Shown here piece after piece: positions 19,867 to 29,420 of a stretch of 64,000 bases of DNA (position 1 is its first letter; each line of letters opens with the position of its first letter). Where the stretch lies: positions 15,188-79,187 of the IMG/VR virus record IMGVR_UViG_3300025085_000010; one strand, written 5' to 3'. The position numbers were made by a program, and so were the translations under genes. The stretch is from a virus. The notes under the pieces were generated by a model. That model ran no database searches and had not been told where the DNA came from. It saw nothing but the letters and a program-made list of their open reading frames with translations.

Positions 19867-21642
19867 ATGGCTAAGAACGGACGCTGCCCTGCAGGACAAT
19901 ACTACTGTTATACTGATAAAGTATGCAAACCAATTCCTAAGGGATTTAGGGTTGTAGGACCTTCTGGAATGCTTCGTAAAGAAAATGGTCATTCTGTGGA
20001 TGACAATACCGAAACCAAAAAGAATGGTAACGGTAATGGAAATGGTAATGGTAATGGTGGAGGAGTAAGTGAATCGAAAAGTGGTGATTCTTCTCTGCGT
20101 GACTGGTTTGGCAAGAGTAAGTCTAGTGATGGCAAGCCTGGTTGGGTTCAACTGGGTGGGAAATACTCTGGAAAACCTTGTGCCAAGCAACCAGGACAAA
20201 CCACAAAGCCAAAGTGCGGTTCTTCAAAAATGAAACGCAATCTCTCTAAAGATGAGGAACAAGCAGCGTTTCGTAGAAAGAATAAAAAAGATCCAAATCC
20301 AAATAGATCAGGGAAGGCAATTAACGTGAATACTGAAGAATTTACAACACTACCTTTACAGATAGAAATCCCAGATAATATTAGAGATTTCAATCTTGGA
20401 CTTATGTTCCGTGAAAGTTTGGATATAAACAGTGGTATGCTCTTTATTTTTAATGAAGTGGCAGACCAGTCATTTCATATGACTGAAACAAAAATTCCTC
20501 TTGATATTGCTTTTATTAGAGAGGATGGCATAATCGAAAGTATTAAACAATTAGAACCATATGACGAGAACCCAGTTGCCTCAGATGGAGAGGTTCTGTG
20601 TGCATTAGAAGTAAATCGTGGATGGTTCGCGGAAAATAATGTAGAAGTGGGTGACGTGATTGATATTGAGGAAGGCGAGAAAGATGCTTGCTACCATAAA
20701 GTCAAATCACGTTATAAAGTTTGGCCAAGTGCATATGCGTCAGGAGCACTAGTCAAATGTCGTAAGAAAGGTGCTGCTAATTGGGGTAATAGCACAAAGA
20801 AGGAAGAAACTGAAATTAAAGAGAGTCACAAGAATCCTGAAAGTGTGAAAGGTATTGCCAAGGAACTTGATAAGGCTGTCGAGATGCACAAGAGTCAGGC
20901 AAAAAGACTCAGAAAATCTGGTGTATCTGAAGCATGTTGGAAAGGTTATGAAAAGAAAGGTATGAAGACCATGTTTGGAAAGAGATATCCAAACTGTGTT
21001 AAGAAAACCAAGAAAGAAGAAGTTGAACTTATTGATGAAAAGAAAGGATGCAACCACACTCATGAAGGTAAAGACTGTCCTGTTCATGGAATGTCTCCAT
21101 GTGATGGACCTCAAGGTGGAAATGGAGGAAAACCAGGTCCAGATAAAAATTATGTAAAACCTATGGGCGAATCCATAGATGAGGCAGTTAGAGTTCCAGC
21201 AAAGACTGGAAACATCATCGATACTTATTTCAACTATAGAGGTAAGTATTATGCTTTAAAGATGTTCTTCCCTCAAATCTCAGTACCCAAAAAATCTGAT
21301 GTTCAAGATCAGGTTTCTAAAGTATATCCTGGCGCGAAACTATTAACTTTTAACGTTTCAAGCTATGTACCAGGGCAACCACTCCTTCACGTCGAAGGAG
21401 CAGCATGGACGAAAAAATCAGGAAAAAATAAAGAAGGTGGACTCAACGAAAAAGGACGAAAGTCTTATGAAGCGCAAAATCCAGGATCTGACCTTAAAGC
21501 ACCAAGCAAGAAGGTTGGAAATCCCAGGAGGGCATCCTTCTGCGCTAGAATGAAGGGAATGAAAAAGAAACTGACTTCATCGAAAACTGCAAACGATCCA
21601 GATAGCAGAATCAATAAGTCACTTAGAAAGTGGAATTGCTGA
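19867..21642 (+). CDS. Modular K-rich late protein with an internal DUF192-like domain; putative head-internal polyprotein
   Basis: ATG at 19867 after AAGGAG. GLMFRESL...GMLFIF...FHMTETKIPLDIAFI...ALEVNRG is the DUF192 signature. The other modules are short, basic and Cys-containing. Confidence 0.75.
   Translation: MAKNGRCPAGQYYCYTDKVCKPIPKGFRVVGPSGMLRKENGHSVDDNTETKKNGNGNGNGNGNGGGVSESKSGDSSLRDWFGKSKSSDGKPGWVQLGGKYSGKPCAKQPGQTTKPKCGSSKMKRNLSKDEEQAAFRRKNKKDPNPNRSGKAINVNTEEFTTLPLQIEIPDNIRDFNLGLMFRESLDINSGMLFIFNEVADQSFHMTETKIPLDIAFIREDGIIESIKQLEPYDENPVASDGEVLCALEVNRGWFAENNVEVGDVIDIEEGEKDACYHKVKSRYKVWPSAYASGALVKCRKKGAANWGNSTKKEETEIKESHKNPESVKGIAKELDKAVEMHKSQAKRLRKSGVSEACWKGYEKKGMKTMFGKRYPNCVKKTKKEEVELIDEKKGCNHTHEGKDCPVHGMSPCDGPQGGNGGKPGPDKNYVKPMGESIDEAVRVPAKTGNIIDTYFNYRGKYYALKMFFPQISVPKKSDVQDQVSKVYPGAKLLTFNVSSYVPGQPLLHVEGAAWTKKSGKNKEGGLNEKGRKSYEAQNPGSDLKAPSKKVGNPRRASFCARMKGMKKKLTSSKTANDPDSRINKSLRKWNC
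20023..20058 (+). repeat. Low-complexity (Asn-Gly)6 coding repeat
   Basis: aatggtaacggtaatggaaatggtaatggtaatggt encodes an NGNGNGNGNGNG linker. Confidence 0.85.
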
Positions 21643-21649
21643 GTAATTT

Positions 21650-23299
21650 ATGTCTGATAATGTATACCTTGGCAATCCCAATCTAAAAAAAGCAAATACT
21701 GCAATTGAATTTACTCAAGATCAAATCTATGAGTTTATGAGATGCAAAGAGAATCCTGTTTATTTTGCTAATAACTATGTTAAGATTATTTCTCTTGATG
21801 AGGGTCTGACTCAATTTCACCCATATCACTTTCAAGAGAAGTTAATCAATAACTTCCACAATAACAGATTCAATATCTGTAAGATGCCACGTCAGACTGG
21901 TAAGTCTACTACTGTGGTATCGTATCTTTTGCACTATGCAGTATTCAACGATAGTGTTAATATTGGTATCCTTGCAAACAAAGCAGCAACTGCTAGAGAA
22001 CTTCTAGGAAGGTTACAGACTGCATATGAGAACTTGCCCAAATGGATGCAGCAGGGTATTATTGCATGGAACAAAGGATCTCTGGAGTTAGAAAATGGCA
22101 GTAAGATATTGGCAGCTTCTACGTCTGCAAGTGCTGTCCGAGGCATGTCGTTTAACATTCTCTTCCTCGACGAATTCGCATTCGTTCCAAACCATGTTGC
22201 AGACTCGTTCTTTGCATCTGTTTATCCTACTATTACTTCTGGTAAAAACACCAAAGTAATTATCGTATCCACCCCACATGGTATGAATCACTTCTACCGT
22301 TTGTGGCATGATGCAGAAAAGAGTAAAAATGATTACATTCCCACAGATGTCCACTGGTCAGAAGTTCCAGGTAGGGATGAAAAGTGGAAAAAGACCACTA
22401 TTAAAAACACTTCAGAAGCACAGTTTAAAGTTGAGTTTGAATGTGAGTTCCTAGGATCAGTTGATACACTGATTGCACCAAGTAAATTGAGGACTCTTAT
22501 CTATGATAATCCAATCAAAAAGAATGCTGGATTAGATGTATATGAACCATCTCAAGAGAAGCATGATTATGTGATGACAGTTGACGTTGCAAGAGGAGTT
22601 GGAGAAGACTACTCTGCATTTGTTGTTGTTGATATCACAGAGTTTCCTCATAGAGTCGTAGCAAAATATAGAAATAATGATATTAAACCGATGTTATTTC
22701 CCAATATCATCTATGAAGTAGCAAAGAGTTATAATAGTGCCTTTATCTTATGTGAGGTAAATGATATTGGAGATCAAGTTGCAAGTATTCTTCAATATGA
22801 TTTGGAATATCAGAACCTATTGATGTGTTCTATGAGAGGTAGAGCAGGTCAGATTGTTGGACAGGGATTCTCCGGTAAGAAAACACAACTTGGCGTCAAA
22901 ATGTCCAAGACTGTAAAAAAAGTTGGATCACTTAATCTCAAGACTCTTATTGAAGAAAATAAACTTATCTTTAATGACTATGAGATTATTTCCGAGTTAA
23001 CAACATTCATCTCAAAGCATAATTCATTTGAAGCAGAAGAAGGTTGTAATGATGACTTAGCGATGTGTCTTGTCATTTATGCATGGTTAGTCCAGATGGA
23101 CTACTTCAAAGAACTGACAGACCAAGATGTTCGTAAAAGATTATATGAAGAACAAAAGAATCAAATTGAACAGGACATGGCTCCATTTGGATTTATAGAT
23201 GATGGTTTAGACGATGAGAGTTTCTCTGATGGTAATGATAGATGGTTTAAAGCAGATGAATATGGAGATAGATCATTTATGTGGGAATACCTTTCTTAA
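21650..23299 (+). CDS. gp17: Terminase large subunit gp17
   Basis: YLGNPNLK, Walker A PRQTGKST, Walker B ILFLDEFAF, nuclease motifs TVDVARG and NDDLAM. Confidence 0.97.
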   Translation: MSDNVYLGNPNLKKANTAIEFTQDQIYEFMRCKENPVYFANNYVKIISLDEGLTQFHPYHFQEKLINNFHNNRFNICKMPRQTGKSTTVVSYLLHYAVFNDSVNIGILANKAATARELLGRLQTAYENLPKWMQQGIIAWNKGSLELENGSKILAASTSASAVRGMSFNILFLDEFAFVPNHVADSFFASVYPTITSGKNTKVIIVSTPHGMNHFYRLWHDAEKSKNDYIPTDVHWSEVPGRDEKWKKTTIKNTSEAQFKVEFECEFLGSVDTLIAPSKLRTLIYDNPIKKNAGLDVYEPSQEKHDYVMTVDVARGVGEDYSAFVVVDITEFPHRVVAKYRNNDIKPMLFPNIIYEVAKSYNSAFILCEVNDIGDQVASILQYDLEYQNLLMCSMRGRAGQIVGQGFSGKKTQLGVKMSKTVKKVGSLNLKTLIEENKLIFNDYEIISELTTFISKHNSFEAEEGCNDDLAMCLVIYAWLVQMDYFKELTDQDVRKRLYEEQKNQIEQDMAPFGFIDDGLDDESFSDGNDRWFKADEYGDRSFMWEYLS

Positions 23300-23520
23300 T
23301 GGATTTAGATGGTCAGATAAAACTTGGACATCTTCTTTTGCAAGATAGAAAATGTAGATCGTGTGGTGAGATAAAAAATTTAGTAGAAGATTTTTATAGA
23401 ACAAGAAAGGATAGAGGACCAGTTGCCTCATCATATTCTTATGAATGTAAAGACTGTACAATAAAAAGAATCATGGCAAACAAAAGATCAGACAATCGAT
23501 GGGAATACCCAGATTGGTAG
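23299..23520 (+). CDS. Small zinc-finger protein (CxxC...CxxC)
   Basis: ATG overlaps the gp17 stop (TAATG); CRSC and CKDC pairs; 73 aa. Confidence 0.7.
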   Translation: MDLDGQIKLGHLLLQDRKCRSCGEIKNLVEDFYRTRKDRGPVASSYSYECKDCTIKRIMANKRSDNRWEYPDW

Positions 23521-23557
23521 TTCACGTCACGTTTCCCCTGTGAAAACACTCTTTTTA

Positions 23558-23564
23558 ATAAATA
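23558..23564 (+). promoter_or_regulatory. Late promoter (ATAAATA)
   Basis: Upstream of the GGAG RBS of gp18. Confidence 0.7.
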
Positions 23565-23597
23565 TTTTGAGATACACTGAGATCCACGGAGAGAAAC

Positions 23598-25817
23598 ATG
23601 GCGACTCCTCAATTATCTCCTGGCGTACTAGTCAGGGAAGTTGACCTTACAGTAGGGAGAGCTGATAATGTCTTAGATAACATAGGTGCAATTGCTGGAC
23701 CATTCAGAATTGGACCTGTTGATGAACCAATTGATATTACTACTGAGCAAGAACTGATTGCAACCTTCGGTAAGCCTCTTTCAACTGACACTCAATATGA
23801 GTATTGGATGAGTGCTGCCAATTACCTCTCTTATGGGGGAATTCTAAAGGTAGTAAGAACAGGAAATACGAGCGACACCTTAATGGTGAACGCAAACGCA
23901 GGTGTTGGTATTGCATCAACTACCACACTTAAAATTAACAACTACGATGATTATCAGGAAAATCATAAGGAATCTGATACATCGTTCACATATGCAGCAA
24001 AGAACCCTGGAACCTGGGGTAACGGACTGAAGGTTTGCTACATCGATGACTTTGCAGATCAGACTGTTGGTATCGCAACCACAAGTCTTGCAAACATCGG
24101 CGCAACTATCGGATTCGGTGTTACTGCATCTCTTGATAATCAGGTTATTCCTGGTGCTGGTACAACTTCTGGATTCACTGGATTCCTGAAAGGTATCGTT
24201 GTTGGTCTTACCACAGATGCAACAGGGGGAGACAGTAAGGTAGATGTCAAAATTGTTTCTCGCGTAGAAACAGTCGGTGGTGGTTCAACTGAAACAAAGA
24301 TCGAATATCAAGAAGGTTTTGGTGGTGCATCATTTGGAACATCTGTTGCACTGAACTTCGTTGCTAATACTGGTGTTAATAGCACGGGCCCTGGCGCTGG
24401 CGCTATGACTCCTGGAACCTCAGTTGACTGGTATGATCAACAAACTCTTAATCTTACCAACGCAACGATTTCTTGGAAGTCAATTGCTCCAAGACCTACA
24501 ACTAATATCTATGTTTCCGATAGAAACGGATATAATGATGGTATTCACATCGTTGTAGTTGACGATAAGGGATCAATCACAGGAATCAAGGGTAACTTGA
24601 TTGAGAAGCACGTCAACCTTTCTAAGGCTGGAGATGCAATCTCTAACGTCAACGCTCCTCAGAGAATCTACTACAAGGATTACCTTCAAGACTTCTCTGA
24701 TAACATTTATGCGGGTGCTAACCCATCTGAAGCATTTGATGCATACTACTTAACCAATCCAAGAGCAACCGGATTCTCAACTGACTTCACTGCAGTTACG
24801 ACAGCAGACGGTCTGTTCGGTCTCGATGCACAGAACACAACGTATTCCGCACTTGGAAATGTTTCTTACACCTTCGGTGGAGGAAAAGATTATTCCGCAA
24901 CTGGTGGAATGAGTGCATCTCTCGCAAGTTTGATCACTTCCTACAACCTCTTCGAGAACAAAGATGAGATCGAAGTTGATTATCTGATCATGGGTCCTGG
25001 ATGTTCTACTAAGGAACAGTCTCAAGCAAAAGCAAACAAACTGATTGCACTTGCTACTGGCAGAAAGGACTGCATGGCTCTCATCGGACCACACAGAGGA
25101 GATCTGGTTGGTGTTACTAACACAAACACTCAAACCGATAATCTGATTGATTACTTTACAACCCTCACGTCTTCCTCCTACGCGGCATTTGACTCAGGTT
25201 ATAAGTATCAATATGATAGATTCAACAATCAGTTCCGCTATGTCCCTGCTAACGGAGACGTTGCTGGAATGATTTGTAGAACTGGAATCACAGCATTCCC
25301 ATGGTTCTCGCCCGCAGGTCAGCAACGCGGCGTTATCAATAACGCTGTTAAACTGGCATACAATCCAACCAAGGCACAAAGAGATCGTCTCTATCCACAG
25401 AGAATTAACTCTTTCGTCACAACACCCGGTGTCGGAACGATCCTCTTCGGAGATAAGACCGCACTTGGTTACGCATCCGCCTTTGACAGAATCAACGTTC
25501 GTCGCTTGTTCCTCACTGTTGAGCAAGCCCTGGAGAGAGCAGCACAAGCACAACTCTTTGAACTGAATGATGATATCACAAGAGCAAACTTCAGAAACAT
25601 CGTCGAACCATATCTCCGCGATATCCAAGCGAAGAGAGGTCTCTACGGATTCCTGGTTGTTTGTGATACCACCAACAACACTCCAGATGTTATTGACAAT
25701 AATGAATTCAGAGCAGACATCTTCCTGAAGCCTGCTAAGTCCATCAACTACGTCACCCTCACATTTGTCGCCACTAGAACTGGCGTCAGTTTTGAGGAAG
25801 TAGTTGGTAGAGTTTGA
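23598..25817 (+). CDS. gp18: Tail sheath protein gp18
   Basis: LSPGVLVREVDLT, PWFSPAG, FDRINVRRLF and KPAKSINYVTLTFVATRTGVSF. Confidence 0.97.
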   Translation: MATPQLSPGVLVREVDLTVGRADNVLDNIGAIAGPFRIGPVDEPIDITTEQELIATFGKPLSTDTQYEYWMSAANYLSYGGILKVVRTGNTSDTLMVNANAGVGIASTTTLKINNYDDYQENHKESDTSFTYAAKNPGTWGNGLKVCYIDDFADQTVGIATTSLANIGATIGFGVTASLDNQVIPGAGTTSGFTGFLKGIVVGLTTDATGGDSKVDVKIVSRVETVGGGSTETKIEYQEGFGGASFGTSVALNFVANTGVNSTGPGAGAMTPGTSVDWYDQQTLNLTNATISWKSIAPRPTTNIYVSDRNGYNDGIHIVVVDDKGSITGIKGNLIEKHVNLSKAGDAISNVNAPQRIYYKDYLQDFSDNIYAGANPSEAFDAYYLTNPRATGFSTDFTAVTTADGLFGLDAQNTTYSALGNVSYTFGGGKDYSATGGMSASLASLITSYNLFENKDEIEVDYLIMGPGCSTKEQSQAKANKLIALATGRKDCMALIGPHRGDLVGVTNTNTQTDNLIDYFTTLTSSSYAAFDSGYKYQYDRFNNQFRYVPANGDVAGMICRTGITAFPWFSPAGQQRGVINNAVKLAYNPTKAQRDRLYPQRINSFVTTPGVGTILFGDKTALGYASAFDRINVRRLFLTVEQALERAAQAQLFELNDDITRANFRNIVEPYLRDIQAKRGLYGFLVVCDTTNNTPDVIDNNEFRADIFLKPAKSINYVTLTFVATRTGVSFEEVVGRV

Positions 25818-25826
25818 TCACGATAT

Positions 25827-25833
25827 CTAAATA
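25827..25833 (+). promoter_or_regulatory. Late promoter (CTAAATA)
   Basis: Upstream of the AGGAGG RBS of gp19. Confidence 0.7.
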
Positions 25834-25852
25834 ACAAAAGGAGGATCAAAAA

Positions 25853-26461
25853 ATGGCCCAGTACAACACAATCGCTGATATCAGGAAGTCTCTTAATGGG
25901 GGCGGCGCACGCCCCAATCTATTTGAGGTTGACATTCCTGAGAACAGTCTCTTCAAATATATTGGAAGTGACTCCCAGTTAGATTCAAGAGTTCTTGTAA
26001 AAGCAGCTCAACTTCCTGCATCGAACGTTGCTTCAATCGACGTTCCTTTCAGAGGAAGAATCATGAAGGTTGCAGGTGATCGTACATTCGACACCTGGAC
26101 AGTTACAGTTATTAACGACACTGACTTCAACCTTAGAACTGCATTCCAAAACTGGATGCAGGCTATTGCACAATATGCTGACGCATCTGGTGAAGCAGAT
26201 CCACAGGCATATAAGTCAACCGCAACTGTTACCCAGTTGAAGAGAAAGTCTTCTAACTTAGGTCAGACATCTGACTCTGGTCTGGAAGCAGCATACACCT
26301 ATGACTTCTTCGGTATTTTCCCAACTAATATCAGTGCTATCGACCTTTCATACGATACTGCTGATACGATTGAAGAATTCACTGTTGAATTCCAAGTCGA
26401 TTATTGGGCACCTAAGGGTGTTAATGATACAATTGACGGAGCTCCTGGCGCAGGTGGTTGA
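25853..26461 (+). CDS. gp19: Tail tube protein gp19
   Basis: GGGARPNLFEV, VPFRGR..KVAGDRTFDTWTVTVIND and IEEFTVEFQV. Confidence 0.95.
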   Translation: MAQYNTIADIRKSLNGGGARPNLFEVDIPENSLFKYIGSDSQLDSRVLVKAAQLPASNVASIDVPFRGRIMKVAGDRTFDTWTVTVINDTDFNLRTAFQNWMQAIAQYADASGEADPQAYKSTATVTQLKRKSSNLGQTSDSGLEAAYTYDFFGIFPTNISAIDLSYDTADTIEEFTVEFQVDYWAPKGVNDTIDGAPGAGG

Positions 26462-26472
26462 TAATTTTGTCC

Positions 26473-26479
26473 CTAAATA
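26473..26479 (+). promoter_or_regulatory. Late promoter (CTAAATA)
   Basis: Intergenic, upstream of gp20. Confidence 0.6.
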
Positions 26480-26503
26480 GTAGGGCCAAATAAATTTGTA
26501 ATA

Positions 26504-28171
26504 ATGTCGGGTAAGTTATTTGGGTTCTCGATAGAGGACACAGAACCACTATCTCCATCAGCGGTCAGTCCCGTTCCTCCTAATAATGAGGATGGGTCTG
26601 ACCACTACATGAGTAGTGGTTTTTTTGGTTCTTATGTAGACATCGAAGGTGTATATCGCACTGAATTTGATCTCATCAAAAGATATCGTGAAATGGCACT
26701 TCATCCAGAGACGGATAGTGCTATTGAAGATATTGTTAACGAAGCTGTTGTTTCAGACTCCAACGATAGTCCAGTAGAGATTGAACTTTCAAATCTTAAT
26801 GCTAGTGATGGTATTAAGAGCAAGATTCGTAAAGAGTTTAAGTACATTCTTGATCTTTTAGATTTTGATAAAAAAGCGCACGAAATTTATAGAAACTGGT
26901 ATATTGACGGGCGTATTTACTATCATAAAATTATCGACTTAAAGAAACCCGAAGACGGTATTCAAGAGTTGCGTTATATTGACGCTATGAAGATGCGTTA
27001 TGTAAGGCAGCAAAAGAAGAAACCAAACGATGGAAAAAATAATCAATTAGTAAATCTTAGAAGTAATGATCCTATGGATTATGACTTTCCTGAGATCGAA
27101 GAATATTTCATCTATAATCCAAAATCTCAATATCCAACTGGCAACCCATCAGCAACCGGTGCAAGTCAAGGAATTAAAATTGCAAGAGATGCAATCACGT
27201 ATTGTACATCTGGTCTTGTAGATCGTAACAAAGGATCAACGCTTTCGTATCTTCATAAAGCCATTAAATCCATCAATCAACTTAGAATGATTGAGGATTC
27301 ACTGGTCATCTATAGATTGTCCCGTGCTCCAGAGCGTAGAATCTTTTACATCGATGTTGGTAATCTGCCTAAGATGAAGGCAGAGCAATATCTACGTGAT
27401 GTGATGATGCGTTATCGCAACAAACTAGTATACGATGCAAACACAGGAGAAATCCGTGATGACAAAAAATCCATGGCGATGCTTGAAGACTTCTGGCTTC
27501 CCAGGCGTGAGGGTGGAAGAGGAACTGAAATCACCACTCTCCCTGGCGGACAAAACCTGGGCGAAATCACTGATATTGAGTATTTTAAAAAGAAACTCTA
27601 CCGTTCACTTAACGTCCCTCCATCTAGAATGGATGGAGAAGGTGGGTTTAACTTGGGGAGATCTTCTGAGATCTTAAGAGATGAACTTAAGTTCACCAAG
27701 TTTGTTTCTCGTTTAAGAAAGAGATTCTCCAACATGTTTAATGACATGCTGAAGACCCAATTGATCCTAAAGAATGTAATTACTCCTGAAGATTGGGAGG
27801 TTATGAGTGAGCATATTCAGTATGATTTCCTTTATGATAATCACTTCTCTGAACTGAAAGAAGCAGAGTTGATGAATGAAAGATTGACTCTAGCTGCAAC
27901 TGCAGAACCATATATTGGTAAGTATTACTCACAAGATTATGTTCGCCGTAAGATTCTGCGTCAAACTGATGTGGAAATTATTGAACAGGATAAATTGATT
28001 GAGGATGAAATCAAAAAAGGTATCATTCCTGATCCAAGTATACCTGTAGATCCTGAAACTGGGCAACCTTTGGATGCAGCAACTATGGATTTAGGAAAAC
28101 CTCAAATGGAACCTGATATTGATGGATCTTCGACTGAAGCACCAGAGATGCCCAAGGGTGGTGAAATATAA
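26504..28171 (+). CDS. gp20: Portal protein gp20
   Basis: YRLSRAPERRIFYIDVGNLPK and EDFWLPRREGGRGTEITTLPGGQNLG. Confidence 0.98.
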   Translation: MSGKLFGFSIEDTEPLSPSAVSPVPPNNEDGSDHYMSSGFFGSYVDIEGVYRTEFDLIKRYREMALHPETDSAIEDIVNEAVVSDSNDSPVEIELSNLNASDGIKSKIRKEFKYILDLLDFDKKAHEIYRNWYIDGRIYYHKIIDLKKPEDGIQELRYIDAMKMRYVRQQKKKPNDGKNNQLVNLRSNDPMDYDFPEIEEYFIYNPKSQYPTGNPSATGASQGIKIARDAITYCTSGLVDRNKGSTLSYLHKAIKSINQLRMIEDSLVIYRLSRAPERRIFYIDVGNLPKMKAEQYLRDVMMRYRNKLVYDANTGEIRDDKKSMAMLEDFWLPRREGGRGTEITTLPGGQNLGEITDIEYFKKKLYRSLNVPPSRMDGEGGFNLGRSSEILRDELKFTKFVSRLRKRFSNMFNDMLKTQLILKNVITPEDWEVMSEHIQYDFLYDNHFSELKEAELMNERLTLAATAEPYIGKYYSQDYVRRKILRQTDVEIIEQDKLIEDEIKKGIIPDPSIPVDPETGQPLDAATMDLGKPQMEPDIDGSSTEAPEMPKGGEI

Positions 28172-28174
28172 ATA
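28167..28174 (+). promoter_or_regulatory. Late promoter (TATAAATA)
   Basis: Exact T4 late consensus. Confidence 0.75.
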
Positions 28175-28200
28175 TATCTAGTTGTTTACTATACAATTAA

Positions 28201-28410
28201 ATGGATGACCTTTTAGATATGATTATTGCGGATGAGTCACCATCTCAAATCAGTGATGCACTTAAAGATGTTCTTTATGCAAAATCAGCTGAGAGAGTTG
28301 ATGCATTTCGCCCTATGGTAGCTAATGCTTCTTTTGGTGGAGAAGATATTGAAGTCGAAACCGAGATCGAAGTTGATGATGAATCTATTGAAACCACAGA
28401 TGGTGTCTGA
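28201..28410 (+). CDS. Small acidic protein, probable prohead core component
   Basis: Lies between gp20 and gp21 (the T4 gp67/68 position); acidic C-terminal tail. Confidence 0.6.
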   Translation: MDDLLDMIIADESPSQISDALKDVLYAKSAERVDAFRPMVANASFGGEDIEVETEIEVDDESIETTDGV

Positions 28411-28414
28411 TAAT

Positions 28415-28422
28415 TATAAATA
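28415..28422 (+). promoter_or_regulatory. Late promoter (TATAAATA)
   Basis: Exact T4 late consensus. Confidence 0.75.
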
Positions 28423-28447
28423 ACTCATATTAGGAATTTATAAGAAA

Positions 28448-28717
28448 ATGGCTACCAGAGCATTAGTACTTGGTAATGAGATTGCAGTTCCAACTGTAGC
28501 GGGATCAGCAACTTCTTTTACACAGGCAACTGTGATCAGAGTTGTTAATGTTTCTGGGAGCAGTGGAACCATCGGAGTATGTACCGTTGTTGGTGCTGCC
28601 ACTACTAACTTTATAACTGTTCCAGATGGAACTGTTGAATATGTTGAAAAAAAATCAACCGATGTTTGTTATGGTACAGGAACTTTAAGAGCTGCAAAAG
28701 TAGGATTCACAGGTTAA
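28448..28717 (+). CDS. Hypothetical small beta-rich virion protein
   Basis: 89 aa ORF under a late promoter within the head module. Confidence 0.65.
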   Translation: MATRALVLGNEIAVPTVAGSATSFTQATVIRVVNVSGSSGTIGVCTVVGAATTNFITVPDGTVEYVEKKSTDVCYGTGTLRAAKVGFTG

Positions 28718-28721
28718 TCAA

Positions 28722-29372
28722 ATGAAACTTATCAGGGAAGAAATAGAATCAGTAGAGTTTCTTGTCGAACAAAAGAACGGCAAGAAATCTATGTATATTG
28801 AGGGAGTTTTCCTTCAGGGTAACATCAAGAACCGTAATGGTCGTATGTATCCTATGGAAACTCTACGCCGTGAGGTTGGTCGTTATAATGAGTCGAATGT
28901 TCAGTCTGGTAGAGCACTCGGTGAACTTGGTCATCCTGATGGTCCTACCGTTAATCTCGATAGAGTCTCCCATAAAATCGTATCTCTGAAAGAGAGTGGA
29001 TCCAACTTTGTTGGAAAAGCAAAGATTTTAAATACACCTATGGGTAAAATTGCATCTGCTTTGATAGAAGATGGCGTAAAACTCGGTGTTTCATCTCGTG
29101 GTATTGGTTCATTAAAGCAGACCCGTGAGGGTGTTAACATAGTCGGTGACGATTTTATGTTAGCAACTGCTGCTGATATCGTTGCTGATCCTTCTGCACC
29201 TGATGCTTTCGTTGAAGGCATTATGGAAGGTAAGGATTGGGTATGGGATGGAGGCATTCTTCGTGAGAAGTATGTAGAAAAAACTTACAGAGAAATCAAC
29301 ACTCTTGTAACTCAGAAACAACTTGACGAGAAAAAGTTAAATTTATTTAATGATTTCCTTGCGAATCTTTAG
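28722..29372 (+). CDS. gp21: Prohead protease gp21
   Basis: MKLIREE, NRNGRMYP, ALGELGHP, GVSSRGIGS and DIVADPSAPDAFV. Confidence 0.97.
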   Translation: MKLIREEIESVEFLVEQKNGKKSMYIEGVFLQGNIKNRNGRMYPMETLRREVGRYNESNVQSGRALGELGHPDGPTVNLDRVSHKIVSLKESGSNFVGKAKILNTPMGKIASALIEDGVKLGVSSRGIGSLKQTREGVNIVGDDFMLATAADIVADPSAPDAFVEGIMEGKDWVWDGGILREKYVEKTYREINTLVTQKQLDEKKLNLFNDFLANL

Positions 29373-29375
29373 TTT

Positions 29376-29383
29376 TATAAATA
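29376..29383 (+). promoter_or_regulatory. Late promoter (TATAAATA)
   Basis: Exact consensus upstream of gp22. Confidence 0.75.
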
Positions 29384-29420
29384 AATATAGTTTTAATACG
29401 GAAACAAACGGAGAGTTAAA

